Positions 1 to 10,044 of a stretch of DNA of 64,000 nt are shown piece by piece. The notes under the pieces are model-generated. The model worked only from the letters and a program-made list of their open reading frames with translations, made no database searches and was not told the DNA's origin. The DNA is from Acidobacteriaceae bacterium (GTDB taxonomy: Bacteria; Acidobacteriota; Terriglobia; Terriglobales; Acidobacteriaceae), in the NCBI GenBank assembly GCA_025355385.1, contig JANXZS010000071.1:4620-68619 (forward strand). The letters run 5' to 3'. Numbering within the stretch: the stretch's first letter is position 1; each line of letters opens with the position of its first letter. The translations under genes and the position numbers were made by a program.

Positions 1-2683
1 CGACGTAGCTGCCGCGATGGAATATCTCTGCTTCCTGATGCCTGAGAGCGAGAGCGCGCCGCATCGTCCATAACTTGATTCGTCCATCGGGCAATGTTCG
101 CAGCAATTCTTCACAAACGCGCGCCGCGCCCTCTTCGCGAGCCATGTGGTCAAGTGCATCCACGTGTTGGCGGCGTAAATCGTAGTCGACAGGCCGGCGA
201 TTGTCGGGATCCACCAACGTCAACTCCCACAGCTCAGTACCCTGGTAAAAGTCAGGGACTCCTGGCGAAGCAACTTTCAGCACAAGCTGTGCCAGGGAAT
301 TGATTGCGCCGAATGTCTGGAGCATCGGCATCATGGTGGCGAGCGTCTCCACAAACCGAGTCTCCCGACGGCGGCCGGAGGGAATCAGAATGTCCTGCAG
401 AAAACTCTGCACCGCCTCAACATAGAGCGGATCGGGATTGATCCAGCTCAAGTTGACCTTGGCCTCGCTCAGCGCCTTCGCCGCATATTGCTGCAGACGG
501 CCCACGAAGTTCCTACGGTCATCGAGGCTGTTTATTTGCCAAGGCCAGGTCGCTGCGATTGTCTGGTAGAGCAGATATTCTTCGTTGGCGTCGGGGGCTA
601 CGCGTCCGTCCCCCAGGGTACGCTTGCACTCCGCGTTCATTCGCTGCCATCGGCGCACCATTGCCGCCCACTGTGCCGGAACTTCTGAAAGCACATTCAG
701 CCGGGCGCGAACGTCCTCGCTTCGCTTGGTGTCATGGGTGGAGGTCGTGAGCATGGAGTCTGGCGAGTTCTCCAGGCGCTCCCGGTTGCTGGAGTGAAAC
801 GTCTCCGCGGAGATACCAAATACTTTGACCGAACCGCCCACTTCATTCGCGGAGAGGAAGCGGTTATATACGTAAAATGTTGTGTCCTCTACTCCCTTCG
901 CCATCACTGGTCCTGTCAGTTGTTGAAACTTGAGCGCGAAATAGAGCTGACGTTCGTCCACTTGGTCCTTCTGCGGGGAACGGTTGCCGTTAAATCCGCC
1001 CAGCAGTAGCGTCTCTCGCAAGAAGTCGAAGGCTGAAGCGTCAATGCCAGGATTCAGGCGCTTTGCCCGGCTGACGGCGTAGTGAATAAATGCACGGTCC
1101 CGATCGGTGTACCGGCCGCGATCGTCGATGTATGTGCGATAGACCGGGAAGCAGGCAATCGTTTCGCGGATTACCGTTTCGAGGATATTGTCAGTGAAGT
1201 CCCGTGCCCGGCGATCAGCCGCGGCGATGCCGCTGAGCAGGTTGGTCAGCACATACACCTCGCTGGCGAGCGAGGTCTGCATCACCTCCAGCTTCGCGCG
1301 ATAAATGATCTCATCGGGATGGCGCTTTTCTCCCAGGACGCGGGCGTAAATCTCGTCGAAGGCGCGTTCATTTTTGGATTGGATGAAGACCTGATTCGCC
1401 AGGAAGACAAAGTCATACCCGCTCGTCCCACTCACCGGCCACTCACGAGGCATGTATTCGCGCGGCTCGAGAATCTTCTCCACGACAACGTAGAGTGGGC
1501 CGCGGTTGCGCGTCCAGTCATAGTCGCGGAGCCTATCGCCGATCGAAAGCTCCATCCCGTTTGGCGCGACCGGCTCGGTGGCGGATTCCCCTGCGCACTG
1601 GCTGGCAACATACAGCAATTGCAGGCGGATGAGGTATTGGCGGGGGTTGAACATGCCATCGCAATGATCGACGCGAAGTCCCGTTATCTGGTGGCGCGCG
1701 AGCAACTTCCGCACCAGGCAGTGCGTTTCAGCAAAGACTTCGGGATTTTCCATGCGCAGGCCGACTAGGTCGTTGATATCGAAGAAGCGGCGGTAGTTGA
1801 TCTCCTCACCGGAGACGCGCCAGAAGGCAAGCCGGTAGGGCTGAGCCTCGAGCAGGGCATGCAGCTGGTCGAAGCTCCGCGGGTCGTTCTCAACGCCGTT
1901 GATCTGTTCGAGAGCGGCTGTGACTAAAGTCTCGATCTCCGCAGAGCGAAGGGCCTCGGTCAATAGGGGATTCAAATCCGCAAGCTGCTTGCGGCGTTGC
2001 GTGGCCAGAGTCGCATCGGCTGTCTCGTGCGGCGGGATATGCTGCAGATCCTTGAGCAGATCGCGCAAGGACTGGGGCAGCGGCGAGTCGACCTGGTCTG
2101 CTTCAGGAAACAACAACGGCAGCGTGCGCGGAGAAAGCGGGATGGTGTGGTCGAAGTAGTGGATTTGGATGCGTCCATTGTCGAGCACAAGCTGAATCCG
2201 CTTGCTCTCCAACGCCACCCCATATTGCTCGCCAAGAATGGGCAGAAGCAGCTTGCCCTGCATATCGGGCTTGAGGGGCTTCCAGTCAATGTCGAAGTAT
2301 TCGGCGTATCGCGAAGATCTCCCATTCTCCAAAACATCGCGCCACCAGCGGGAATCGTCACCAATACTCATGTGGTTGGGGACGATGTCGAGGAGAAGAC
2401 CCATGCCTGACTGCTGCAGCGACTGGGAGAGATGCTCGAAGCCCTCCTCGCCGCCAAGTTCGGGATTCAAACGATCATGGCGCGTGATGTCATAGCCGTG
2501 TGTACTCCCGGGGCGCGCCTCAAATATTGGCGAAGCGTAAAGATCACTAACACCCAGCCGCTCGAGATAGCTGACGATGGCCCGCGCATCGTCAAAGGTA
2601 AAACCGGCGTGCATCTGCAACCTGTAGGTCGATAGGGGAGCACGGATTTTGTCCGCTACAACTCGATCGATGCACTCTTTCAT
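1..2683 (-). CDS. treY: maltooligosyl-trehalose synthase (GH13); C-terminus lies beyond the left edge
   Basis: The open frame runs off the window edge, so it is absent from the ORF track. ATG is at 2683-2681. Hand translation gives MKECIDRVVADKIRAPLSTYRLQMHAGFTFDDAR at the N-terminus and GLRVDHCDGMFNPRQYL around 1650-1700, both typical of TreY. Confidence 0.85.
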   Translation of the reverse strand, partial: MKECIDRVVADKIRAPLSTYRLQMHAGFTFDDARAIVSYLERLGVSDLYASPIFEARPGSTHGYDITRHDRLNPELGGEEGFEHLSQSLQQSGMGLLLDIVPNHMSIGDDSRWWRDVLENGRSSRYAEYFDIDWKPLKPDMQGKLLLPILGEQYGVALESKRIQLVLDNGRIQIHYFDHTIPLSPRTLPLLFPEADQVDSPLPQSLRDLLKDLQHIPPHETADATLATQRRKQLADLNPLLTEALRSAEIETLVTAALEQINGVENDPRSFDQLHALLEAQPYRLAFWRVSGEEINYRRFFDINDLVGLRMENPEVFAETHCLVRKLLARHQITGLRVDHCDGMFNPRQYLIRLQLLYVASQCAGESATEPVAPNGMELSIGDRLRDYDWTRNRGPLYVVVEKILEPREYMPREWPVSGTSGYDFVFLANQVFIQSKNERAFDEIYARVLGEKRHPDEIIYRAKLEVMQTSLASEVYVLTNLLSGIAAADRRARDFTDNILETVIRETIACFPVYRTYIDDRGRYTDRDRAFIHYAVSRAKRLNPGIDASAFDFLRETLLLGGFNGNRSPQKDQVDERQLYFALKFQQLTGPVMAKGVEDTTFYVYNRFLSANEVGGSVKVFGISAETFHSSNRERLENSPDSMLTTSTHDTKRSEDVRARLNVLSEVPAQWAAMVRRWQRMNAECKRTLGDGRVAPDANEEYLLYQTIAATWPWQINSLDDRRNFVGRLQQYAAKALSEAKVNLSWINPDPLYVEAVQSFLQDILIPSGRRRETRFVETLATMMPMLQTFGAINSLAQLVLKVASPGVPDFYQGTELWELTLVDPDNRRPVDYDLRRQHVDALDHMAREEGAARVCEELLRTLPDGRIKLWTMRRALALRHQEAEIFHRGSYV

Positions 2684-2887
2684 GGCTTATTTCTTTCGGG
2701 AAAATGAGAGATCTAACTTCAAGGCAATACGCGCTTGATCTGTCTTTCTGACTATAGATGCAAAAAGAGGAAGCCATGTTTTTGAGCTCACCCGGCGCCA
2801 GAACAGAGGACAATCTCAGTGGGAGCTTTACGAATCGTCGCGGACGCCTGAAAATGGTGACATAGACAGTTAAATCTCGGGGGCAAG

Positions 2888-3070
2888 ATGCCACTTTCCG
2901 GTGAAGCAATTCGTTTGATGAATTACGTAGATGACGTGACTACCACGCTGCGCCGGATCCTTTCATTGGCGCCAACCCTCACTCCAGACGAGCGCAAGCG
3001 GCTGAGCGATTATCTGAGGAACTCCGATCCCAACGCCGACCAGGTGATGGCGGCGTTGGACGTAAAGTAG
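2888..3070 (+). CDS. hypothetical small protein (60 aa)
   Basis: From the ORF track. A GGGGG run at 2879-2883 sits 4 nt before the ATG. The stop is 10 nt before the next CDS. No family recognised. Confidence 0.35.
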   Translation: MPLSGEAIRLMNYVDDVTTTLRRILSLAPTLTPDERKRLSDYLRNSDPNADQVMAALDVK

Positions 3071-3080
3071 CGCCGTTCGC

Positions 3081-3674
3081 GTGAGCACGCTCAAAAACAT
3101 CTCGGTTATTGGAGCTGGTCCGTTGGGCCGGCGGCTGGCGTGGCTCTCCTCCCGTGCGGGCTTCGAGACCATTCTCGAAGACGTGATGCCGTCGAACTTG
3201 AGACAAGCCGTGGCCGTCCTCGAGCAGCTTCAGGCAAGACAGGGCACTGCGGCAACGCCGGTTACGCGTCCCGGATCGCTGGTGTTTGCCACAACGCTTG
3301 AGGGTGCCGTCCGCACTGCCGACCTGGTAATCGACTGTGTACCAGACGAATTGGAGTCGAAACTGGAGATTTTCAGCTTGTTGGACCGCATGGCCCCTCC
3401 TCAGACGATCTTTGGGACGCCCACAGTCGCGCTCAGCATTGCCGATCTGGCCTCCTGTACCTACCGTCCGGCGCAGTGCGTGGCCTTCCAGCTTAATGCG
3501 GCTTTTCTCGGCGAGGTGGAGTTACCTGAGTCAATCGAGATCGTCCAAACGATAGCGACGCGGCCAGATGTGATAGAGACAGTCCAGGCTTTTTGGGCCG
3601 CTTTAGGACATCGGACGACGGTCCGCACCGACGATTGGCGGGACGTTTCGTTTGCGCGGCTCTCTCCAATCTGA
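3081..3674 (+). CDS. 3-hydroxyacyl-CoA dehydrogenase NAD-binding domain protein (N-domain only, 197 aa)
   Basis: GTG start. Rossmann motif ISVIGAGPLGRRLA. ADLVIDCVPDELESKLEIF resembles the 3HCDH_N core. No C-terminal dimerisation domain. Confidence 0.6.
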   Translation: MSTLKNISVIGAGPLGRRLAWLSSRAGFETILEDVMPSNLRQAVAVLEQLQARQGTAATPVTRPGSLVFATTLEGAVRTADLVIDCVPDELESKLEIFSLLDRMAPPQTIFGTPTVALSIADLASCTYRPAQCVAFQLNAAFLGEVELPESIEIVQTIATRPDVIETVQAFWAALGHRTTVRTDDWRDVSFARLSPI

Positions 3675-3770
3675 AGACCTCACGCTGAAAATACCTGCGG
3701 GATCGCATTTCCGGCGGAACTCCGTCGCAGGGAACCATGGGCGCGCTTTTCACGTAGATCAGGACAAGCT

Positions 3771-5024
3771 ATGCAGGGTCTCGGCGACACTCTCGGGCAG
3801 GTTTTCCGCGCTATATGGGCGTCGAAGCTGCGCTCGTTCCTGACCATGTTCGGCATTGCGTGGGGCGTTGGCTCAATGCTTCTTCTCATTGGTCTGGGCG
3901 AGGGCTTTCGCTCAGGCCAGCGCAGGCAACTCGCCAAGCTTGGGAACGACCTCATCATGAATTTCGGGGGCACCATTCCAGCCCTCGCTAACCAACACAC
4001 TGGCATGCGCCCCTACAAGCTCACTTTGAGAGATGAAGCGGAGATGCTTCTCTCGCCTGAGATTCGCGACGCGACGGCAATGCTGACGCACAACGACATC
4101 AAGGAAGTCAGTCAACATGCCAGTGCGGGGGGGCAGGTCCTGGGCGTCGAGCCCAATTTTGCGGGTATCCGGTTTGTGCCACTTAAAGTCGGTCGTTTTG
4201 TAGATCACTCTGATCTGGATGAGCGCCGCAGGGTCGTGGTCCTGGGAAAGAAGAGCGCGGAGTTGCTGTTCCCCGGCCGTCCTGCCATCGGGGAGTTCGT
4301 CACCCTGAATGGCGCGCGGTTTCTGGTAATCGGCGTCGTCGACAACATCAGCCGCGGCAACAATGACTTCGACAATCAAAAGGTATATGTGCCGCTGACA
4401 ACAATGCTGGAGATGTTTCCGGTAAAGGGCGAGAACATTCCCGCAGACGCAGTGACATCTATCCAATACCAGCCGCACCTGCGCGGCGAAAACGCGGCAG
4501 CCACTGCGTCGGCCCACACCATCATAGGGCGGCGACATGGATTTGATCCGTCCCTGGTGGATGCCTTCGACGAATGGGACACCATCAAGGAAGAGCGCAT
4601 TGTGGGAAAGATATTCGACGCTATGGACGTATTCCTCGGAGGGGTGGGGATCGTCACGCTGGCCCTCGGTGCGGTGGGCATCATCAACATCATGCTCGTC
4701 TCGGTAAGCGAGCGGACTCGCGAAATAGGATTGCGCAAGGCGATAGGAGCCACCAATACCAGCATCCTGATGCAGTTCTTCCTCGAGGGAGTGTTCTTGA
4801 CGGGGGTAAGTGGCCTAGTCGGCATTGCCGGGGCCGCAGGGCTGATGACCCTGCTACAGACAGTTGCAGGCGAAGGCATTCAGGGCTTTGATCCGCCGCG
4901 CCTGGTGCCCTGGTCAGCGGCACTGGCGCTTGGATCGCTCGCCCTCAGCGGGATTGTTGCTGGGCTCTACCCGGCGCGTAAAGCCGCGATGCTGGAACCG
5001 GTAGAAGCACTGCGGCGCGAGTAA
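3771..5024 (+). CDS. ABC transporter permease, MacB-like periplasmic core + FtsX domain
   Basis: N-terminal TM (LRSFLTMFGIAWGVGSMLLLIGLGEGF), a large periplasmic domain, and a C-terminal FtsX-type region (ERTREIGLRKAIGAT...). Ends EALRRE. Confidence 0.85.
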   Translation: MQGLGDTLGQVFRAIWASKLRSFLTMFGIAWGVGSMLLLIGLGEGFRSGQRRQLAKLGNDLIMNFGGTIPALANQHTGMRPYKLTLRDEAEMLLSPEIRDATAMLTHNDIKEVSQHASAGGQVLGVEPNFAGIRFVPLKVGRFVDHSDLDERRRVVVLGKKSAELLFPGRPAIGEFVTLNGARFLVIGVVDNISRGNNDFDNQKVYVPLTTMLEMFPVKGENIPADAVTSIQYQPHLRGENAAATASAHTIIGRRHGFDPSLVDAFDEWDTIKEERIVGKIFDAMDVFLGGVGIVTLALGAVGIINIMLVSVSERTREIGLRKAIGATNTSILMQFFLEGVFLTGVSGLVGIAGAAGLMTLLQTVAGEGIQGFDPPRLVPWSAALALGSLALSGIVAGLYPARKAAMLEPVEALRRE

Positions 5025-5093
5025 CTCCGAAAGGCGGCGGCAGGGGATGGCCCCGCCATCGCACTGGAAGCGAGCAGCAGCGACAGGAGAAAC

Positions 5094-6332
5094 ATGGTTA
5101 GCGACATACTTGGTCAGGCTTACGACGCCATGATTTATAACCGGAGGCGGACCATGATTACCATGATCGGCATGGCGTGGGGCATTGCCACGGTGGTGCT
5201 CCTGCTGGCCTATGGTGCTGGGTTCGCACGCGCCTTTGAGGCTATCTTCGCGCAGTTCGGCACCCGCCTGATCGGCGTTTTTCCCGGCCGGACGGGCGAG
5301 CAGGCCGGAGGCACCAAGGCCGGCGTGCAGGTCCGCTTCACCATGGAGGATCTCGAACGCCTGCGAGTCACCGTGCCAGGGCTGGAGCACATCTTCCCCA
5401 TGGTGTCGAAAGATGTGACCGTACAGAACGAACTGCACAGCTTTACCTGGTCAGTGAATGGCGAGTGGCCGGAGGCAAAGGACGTGATGGTGCTCGACCT
5501 CGAGTCGGGCCGCTTCTATACCAATGAGGACGAATCCCAACGGAGGCACGTGGCCGTCATCGGATCGGAAGCGAAGACCAGGCTTTTTTCAGGCGCCTAC
5601 GCGCTGGGCGAGCGCATTCGCCTCAACGGTACGAGCTACACCGTCATCGGCATCCTCAAGCCTAAGATGCAGCAGGGCGACAATGACAACAATCGCCAGA
5701 TCTATGTGCCCTTCAACACCATGAGCGATATCAAGGACACAAAGTATCTGGACGGTATCTGGTTCACCTACACCGGTGACCACATGGCGGCGGAGCGAGC
5801 CGTGCGCAATACCCTCTCGGAGTTGCATCACTTTCGTCCGTCGGACCACCATGCCATTTACGTAGCAAATCTGTTGGAACAACTGAGCGAGTTCCGCATC
5901 CTCTCCATCGGCCTGCAAATCCTGCTCACCTTCATCGGCGCGTTGACCCTGGGTATCGCTGGCATTGGGTTGATGAACATCATGCTGGTTGCCGTGCAGC
6001 AACGTACCCGCGAGATTGGCGTGGAAAAGGCCCTGGGAGCCAAGAAGCGTCACATCCTGCTGCAGTTTCTCGCCGAGGCGCTGGTCATTACCGGAATTGG
6101 TGGTGTGGCGGGGATTCTTCTGGCGTATACCGTTTCGATCGCCGTGGGCCGGATCACTTTCTATGGCGCGATAGCGGCTAATGCGGATGCTGCTGATATC
6201 CAACTGCTTATTTCTCCCACAATCGTCTTTGTAGCCACGGGCATCCTGGCCGTCGTGGGACTGGTGAGCGGGATGATCCCCGCCATCCGCGCGGCCAATC
6301 TGAATCCTATCGAGGCGTTGCGGTACGAGTAG
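5094..6332 (+). CDS. ABC transporter permease, MacB-like periplasmic core + FtsX domain (paralog of the preceding gene)
   Basis: Same architecture as 3771-5024: QRTREIGVEKALGAKKRHIL and a C-terminal IEALRYE. Confidence 0.85.
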   Translation: MVSDILGQAYDAMIYNRRRTMITMIGMAWGIATVVLLLAYGAGFARAFEAIFAQFGTRLIGVFPGRTGEQAGGTKAGVQVRFTMEDLERLRVTVPGLEHIFPMVSKDVTVQNELHSFTWSVNGEWPEAKDVMVLDLESGRFYTNEDESQRRHVAVIGSEAKTRLFSGAYALGERIRLNGTSYTVIGILKPKMQQGDNDNNRQIYVPFNTMSDIKDTKYLDGIWFTYTGDHMAAERAVRNTLSELHHFRPSDHHAIYVANLLEQLSEFRILSIGLQILLTFIGALTLGIAGIGLMNIMLVAVQQRTREIGVEKALGAKKRHILLQFLAEALVITGIGGVAGILLAYTVSIAVGRITFYGAIAANADAADIQLLISPTIVFVATGILAVVGLVSGMIPAIRAANLNPIEALRYE

Positions 6333-6417
6333 CGCTCAACCGGCAAGTCAGCAGAAACCCGGTTGGCGGACCGCCGTTGAGCGCCTTCTGACTGGCTTGA
6401 CGCGCTAACCTGCCCTA

Positions 6418-7167
6418 TCAGGGAGCTCCCATTTCGCGGACAATCGGAATTCCGGCACTGGCACCTATGCGGCTTGCTCCCGCTTCCAGCATGGTGCGAG
6501 TATCAGCCAGAGTGCGGATTCCGCCCGATGCCTTAACCCCGCATCGCGTACCCGCCACCCCACGCAGGATTGCGATATCCACGGAAGTCGCCCCACCAGT
6601 AGAGAAGCCCGTGCTGTTCTTGAGGAAGTCTGCTCCAGCGGCGATGGCCAGTTCAGAACCACGGATTTTTTCCTCCAGACTCAGCAGGCAAGTCTCCAGA
6701 ATCACCTTCACAATTGCTCCCGCCTCGTGTGCCACTTCCACCACGCCGTGGATGTCCTGCTGCACGAGCGTGTTCATTCCGGACTTCAGCAATCCAATGC
6801 TGATCACCATGTCCAGCTCGCGAACCCCCTTGCGCACGGCCGCCTCGGCTTCTTCCCGCTTATTGCAAGCAAGCGACGCGCCCAGAGGAAAGCCGACGAC
6901 GGCTCCAACGGGGACGCCAGTCCCGGACAACGCGGATTGCGCTATTCCCGCCCAGACGGGGTTCACCATGACACACGCGAAACGGTATTCCGCCGCTTCC
7001 TCACACAGCTTTAGAACCTGATCGCGGGTAGCGTCCGGCTTCAGCAGCGTGTGGTCGATGATTGCCGCCATATTGGACCAGGTCAAGAGTGCATTGTGGG
7101 AAAATGCGCCAGCGTCGAACCTGGGATAGTCGGGATTTGTCTCAGTTCCTATAGATTTTGTTGCCAC
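6418..7167 (-). CDS. deoC: deoxyribose-phosphate aldolase
   Basis: IDHTLLKPDAT, VCVMVNP-like segment, FLKNSTGF (Schiff-base Lys region), KASGGIRT. GTG start preceded by AAGGAG. Confidence 0.85.
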   Translation of the reverse strand: MATKSIGTETNPDYPRFDAGAFSHNALLTWSNMAAIIDHTLLKPDATRDQVLKLCEEAAEYRFACVMVNPVWAGIAQSALSGTGVPVGAVVGFPLGASLACNKREEAEAAVRKGVRELDMVISIGLLKSGMNTLVQQDIHGVVEVAHEAGAIVKVILETCLLSLEEKIRGSELAIAAGADFLKNSTGFSTGGATSVDIAILRGVAGTRCGVKASGGIRTLADTRTMLEAGASRIGASAGIPIVREMGAP

Positions 7168-7233
7168 GTTTTTACTCCTTGCGGCCGGGAAGCAATGCTT
7201 GCCCCGGAGAAAACATGAAAGGGTGGTGGACTT

Positions 7234-7797
7234 CTATTCTGGATGAGTGGGAGGAAGAATGCAGATGTCCGGTAGATTACGGAAACGCTCGCCATAATCC
7301 ATGCCATAGCCCACCACAAAGAGGTTTGGAATACTGAAGCCTACATAATCGGCTTCGATCTTTTCCAAGCGTCGGCCAGGCTTATCCAGCAGCGTTGCGA
7401 TGCGCAAGGACTTCGGATGATGCTGCAGAAATAATTTGCGCAGGTAGCACAGCGTGAGGCCGGTGTCGAGGATGTCTTCTACGACGATAATATGTTTGCC
7501 TTCGATGGAGTTGTCCAGATCCTTGATCAGCTTCACTGCTCCACTGGTGCGCATACTTTTGCCGTAGCTGGTGACCGCCACGAAGTCGAAGGTACAGTCT
7601 ATCCCGATGGCGCGCGCAAGGTCGGCAAGAAAGAGCGTCGCGCCCTTCAGGACGCCTACCATTACGATGCTTTCGCCCGCGTAGTCGCTCGTTATCTGCT
7701 GGCCCAGTTCACCGACGCGCTCGCCGATCTGAGCGCGGCTGTAAAGAATCTGGAGATCAGACGGCGTCTTGAAAGCAACACGACTCGTGGACGTCAT
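7234..7797 (-). CDS. hpt: hypoxanthine phosphoribosyltransferase
   Basis: PRPP-binding motif IIVVEDILDTGLTL. About 187 aa. Lies directly upstream of deoC on the same strand. Confidence 0.9.
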   Translation of the reverse strand: MTSTSRVAFKTPSDLQILYSRAQIGERVGELGQQITSDYAGESIVMVGVLKGATLFLADLARAIGIDCTFDFVAVTSYGKSMRTSGAVKLIKDLDNSIEGKHIIVVEDILDTGLTLCYLRKLFLQHHPKSLRIATLLDKPGRRLEKIEADYVGFSIPNLFVVGYGMDYGERFRNLPDICILPPTHPE

Positions 7798-7856
7798 AGC
7801 TGTCTCCAGTATCTCTAAATCCGCCGCTCAGGACTATACTCATTGCATCAATAACC

Positions 7857-8642
7857 ATGTATCCATTTGTTCACATTGGCTCTCTCTCCATAGGAACCTT
7901 CGGCCTTATGCTCTGGCTTGCCGCCGTCTGCGCCTGCTGGGTTCTGCATAAGAACTTTGCGCGTCGGAGCATTTCGGCGGACGCAATTGGCATCGTTGCC
8001 GTCTCAACCGTGGCAGGCATAGTCGGAGCCAAGCTCTGGCACGTTCTCGAGACGCCACAACTCCTCCTTGCCAGCCCTGCGGCCATGCTCTTTGACCGCT
8101 CAGGCTTCGCCTGGTTCGGCGGACTGCTTGCGGGAATACTGGCGCTTATGTGGCAGGGGCGTGTCTACAAAGTGGGGCCGGTGGGCATGCTGGATTTGTC
8201 TGCTCCGGCTGCTGCTGTGGGCTACGCGATGGGCCGTCTTGGCTGCCTTACCTCGGGCGATGGAGACTACGGCATAGCGACTAATCTACCCTGGGGTATG
8301 AGCTTCCCCAACGGCCTTGTGCCGACCACGGAGCGCGTACATCCGACTCCGATTTATGAGCTGATTGCGGGTCTACTGATCGGCTGGATATTATGGCGAC
8401 GCGGGGCGAGCGAGAAACCAATCGGGCAGCTGACCGGCGAATACCTCATCCTGACCGGCATTGCACGATTCCTGGTGGAGTTTATCCGCATCAATCCGCG
8501 TATCTACTGGGGCATGAGCAACGCACAAGTGGCGAGTATGGGATCAGTAATATTCGGCGGGCTATTGATCGTATGGGCAAAGCGTCGCGGACTTAAGCCA
8601 GTCTCTCCACCAGTGGATGCCGCTGTGGGTCCCCGAAGCTAA
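7857..8642 (+). CDS. lgt: prolipoprotein diacylglyceryl transferase
   Basis: Polytopic membrane protein with GRLGCLTSGDGDYG (Lgt signature region) and HPTPIYE. Confidence 0.9.
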   Translation: MYPFVHIGSLSIGTFGLMLWLAAVCACWVLHKNFARRSISADAIGIVAVSTVAGIVGAKLWHVLETPQLLLASPAAMLFDRSGFAWFGGLLAGILALMWQGRVYKVGPVGMLDLSAPAAAVGYAMGRLGCLTSGDGDYGIATNLPWGMSFPNGLVPTTERVHPTPIYELIAGLLIGWILWRRGASEKPIGQLTGEYLILTGIARFLVEFIRINPRIYWGMSNAQVASMGSVIFGGLLIVWAKRRGLKPVSPPVDAAVGPRS

Positions 8643-8675
8643 GGCAATTTCACCTCGCCCTTCAATCATCACTTT

Positions 8676-9362
8676 TTACAGCCTTTTCAAATATGCTTTC
8701 GCGTCCTTGAGTTCGGGAAACAGCTTTTCATCTGCCCGGAACTCGCGACCATGCACGCAGCGGCGACCAGCCCGGACCTTGACCGGATGCATAAGGTGAA
8801 GCATTTCGTGGAAGAGCAGATACTCCATCGCAAATCGTGGGGTGTTGGGGCGATCAAAGATGCGGCTGATCACGATCGTATTGTGTGCAGAGTCATAATG
8901 GCCGAGAGAGCGGCGGGCGCTGTGGCTGCTCCACGTCAACAGCGGGCGTCCCAGCAGGCCGTGAAAAAACCTGCCGTTCAGCGCGTCGAAGACCTCTTCC
9001 AGGTTGTAGTGGGTACCCTGGACCCCGAGCATTTTCTTGCGTCCTCGTACCTGGCGAATCAACTCCGTCTGATGCAGGACTGCCTCGCTCGACGTAAATC
9101 GGCGATAGTGGTCGGCGTGCATGGGCTCAATCGGTTTGCGGTACAGCTTGGCCAGCAGGATGTGCGCGATTGCGATGAGCACGCGCTCCGGAGCGCCCTC
9201 CAAAAGATCGGAAAGGTGCACGCGAATACGGCCTTCCCGCAGACGAATGGTGGTATTCAAACTGGTAAACCGATAGAAGCGAACATCGAAGGGAGGCATG
9301 GGCGCACGCGGCCGCAACACGCGATACTCCCGCTCAAACACGCTGAAAAGCTGAGAATTCAC
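8676..9362 (-). CDS. SprT-like zinc-metalloprotease domain protein
   Basis: LTWSSHSARRSLGHYDSAHNTIVISRIF ... YLLFHEMLHLMH (HExxH) ... HGREF pattern. Confidence 0.6.
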   Translation of the reverse strand: MNSQLFSVFEREYRVLRPRAPMPPFDVRFYRFTSLNTTIRLREGRIRVHLSDLLEGAPERVLIAIAHILLAKLYRKPIEPMHADHYRRFTSSEAVLHQTELIRQVRGRKKMLGVQGTHYNLEEVFDALNGRFFHGLLGRPLLTWSSHSARRSLGHYDSAHNTIVISRIFDRPNTPRFAMEYLLFHEMLHLMHPVKVRAGRRCVHGREFRADEKLFPELKDAKAYLKRL

Positions 9363-9519
9363 TCTTGACTGAGCCTAGCACATTCTCGGTTTGGTTCTAT
9401 TCCTGCAGTGGATTGACAACCGCCCCAGAGTCCAACCTTTCCCGTTAGTCGAGCCGTTTTGATTTCGCCGGGGAATTTCAGTTCCTATCAGCGAGTTTTC
9501 GGCGGTACAGCTACATTCC

Positions 9520-10044
9520 TCACTCGGGCTTCACGGTATCTTTTTTGTTCTTGGCCTTCAGCTCGGCGAAGTATTTATCTTGCTCGGCCAGCATCTTTCT
9601 GGCTTCGTCACTCGCACTGGCAGCGGCATCGAGCGCGGTCTTTCGCGAAAAGTCATAGGCGTTGTCAGGGGGAGGCTGCTTCAGGAGGGTAGGCCACTTG
9701 CTACTGGCCTCCATAACTTCCTTCAGAACTTTGCGGACATCGTCATGCGTTTTAGAGTAGACGTCCAGATTGTCCTGCAACTCATCCACCAGCCTGGTGA
9801 ATTCCTCAATCAGGCTGTGGAGCTTTACGCCATGGCTGCGGTCTTTGCCATCTGCCGATATCTGGCGGATCGCCGAAGTCCTCTGCTCGATGAACTTCAT
9901 GTAAAGCTTGAGACGGTCTGGTGGCCGATCCGCATACTCACGAATCTGTTCGGCCTCGCTATCCGTCAGAGGATCCTTCTGGGCTTGTGGCCACGCCGGG
10001 ACGGCGGCAAGCAGGAACAACAGCATGTATGTCCAGCGACGCAT
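9520..10044 (-). CDS. hypothetical secreted helical protein
   Basis: Signal peptide MRRWTYMLLFLLAAVPAWPQA. Charged helical remainder. No family recognised. Confidence 0.6.
   Translation of the reverse strand: MRRWTYMLLFLLAAVPAWPQAQKDPLTDSEAEQIREYADRPPDRLKLYMKFIEQRTSAIRQISADGKDRSHGVKLHSLIEEFTRLVDELQDNLDVYSKTHDDVRKVLKEVMEASSKWPTLLKQPPPDNAYDFSRKTALDAAASASDEARKMLAEQDKYFAELKAKNKKDTVKPE

Noticed and set aside
6332-6384. 9-bp inverted repeat GCGCTCAAC / GTTGAGCGC with nested AACCGG/CCGGTT, between the convergent permease and deoC genes.
   Set aside because: The loop is about 35 nt and neither strand has a U-tract, so it is not a credible intrinsic terminator. It may still act as an mRNA-stabilising structure, but I cannot support a call.
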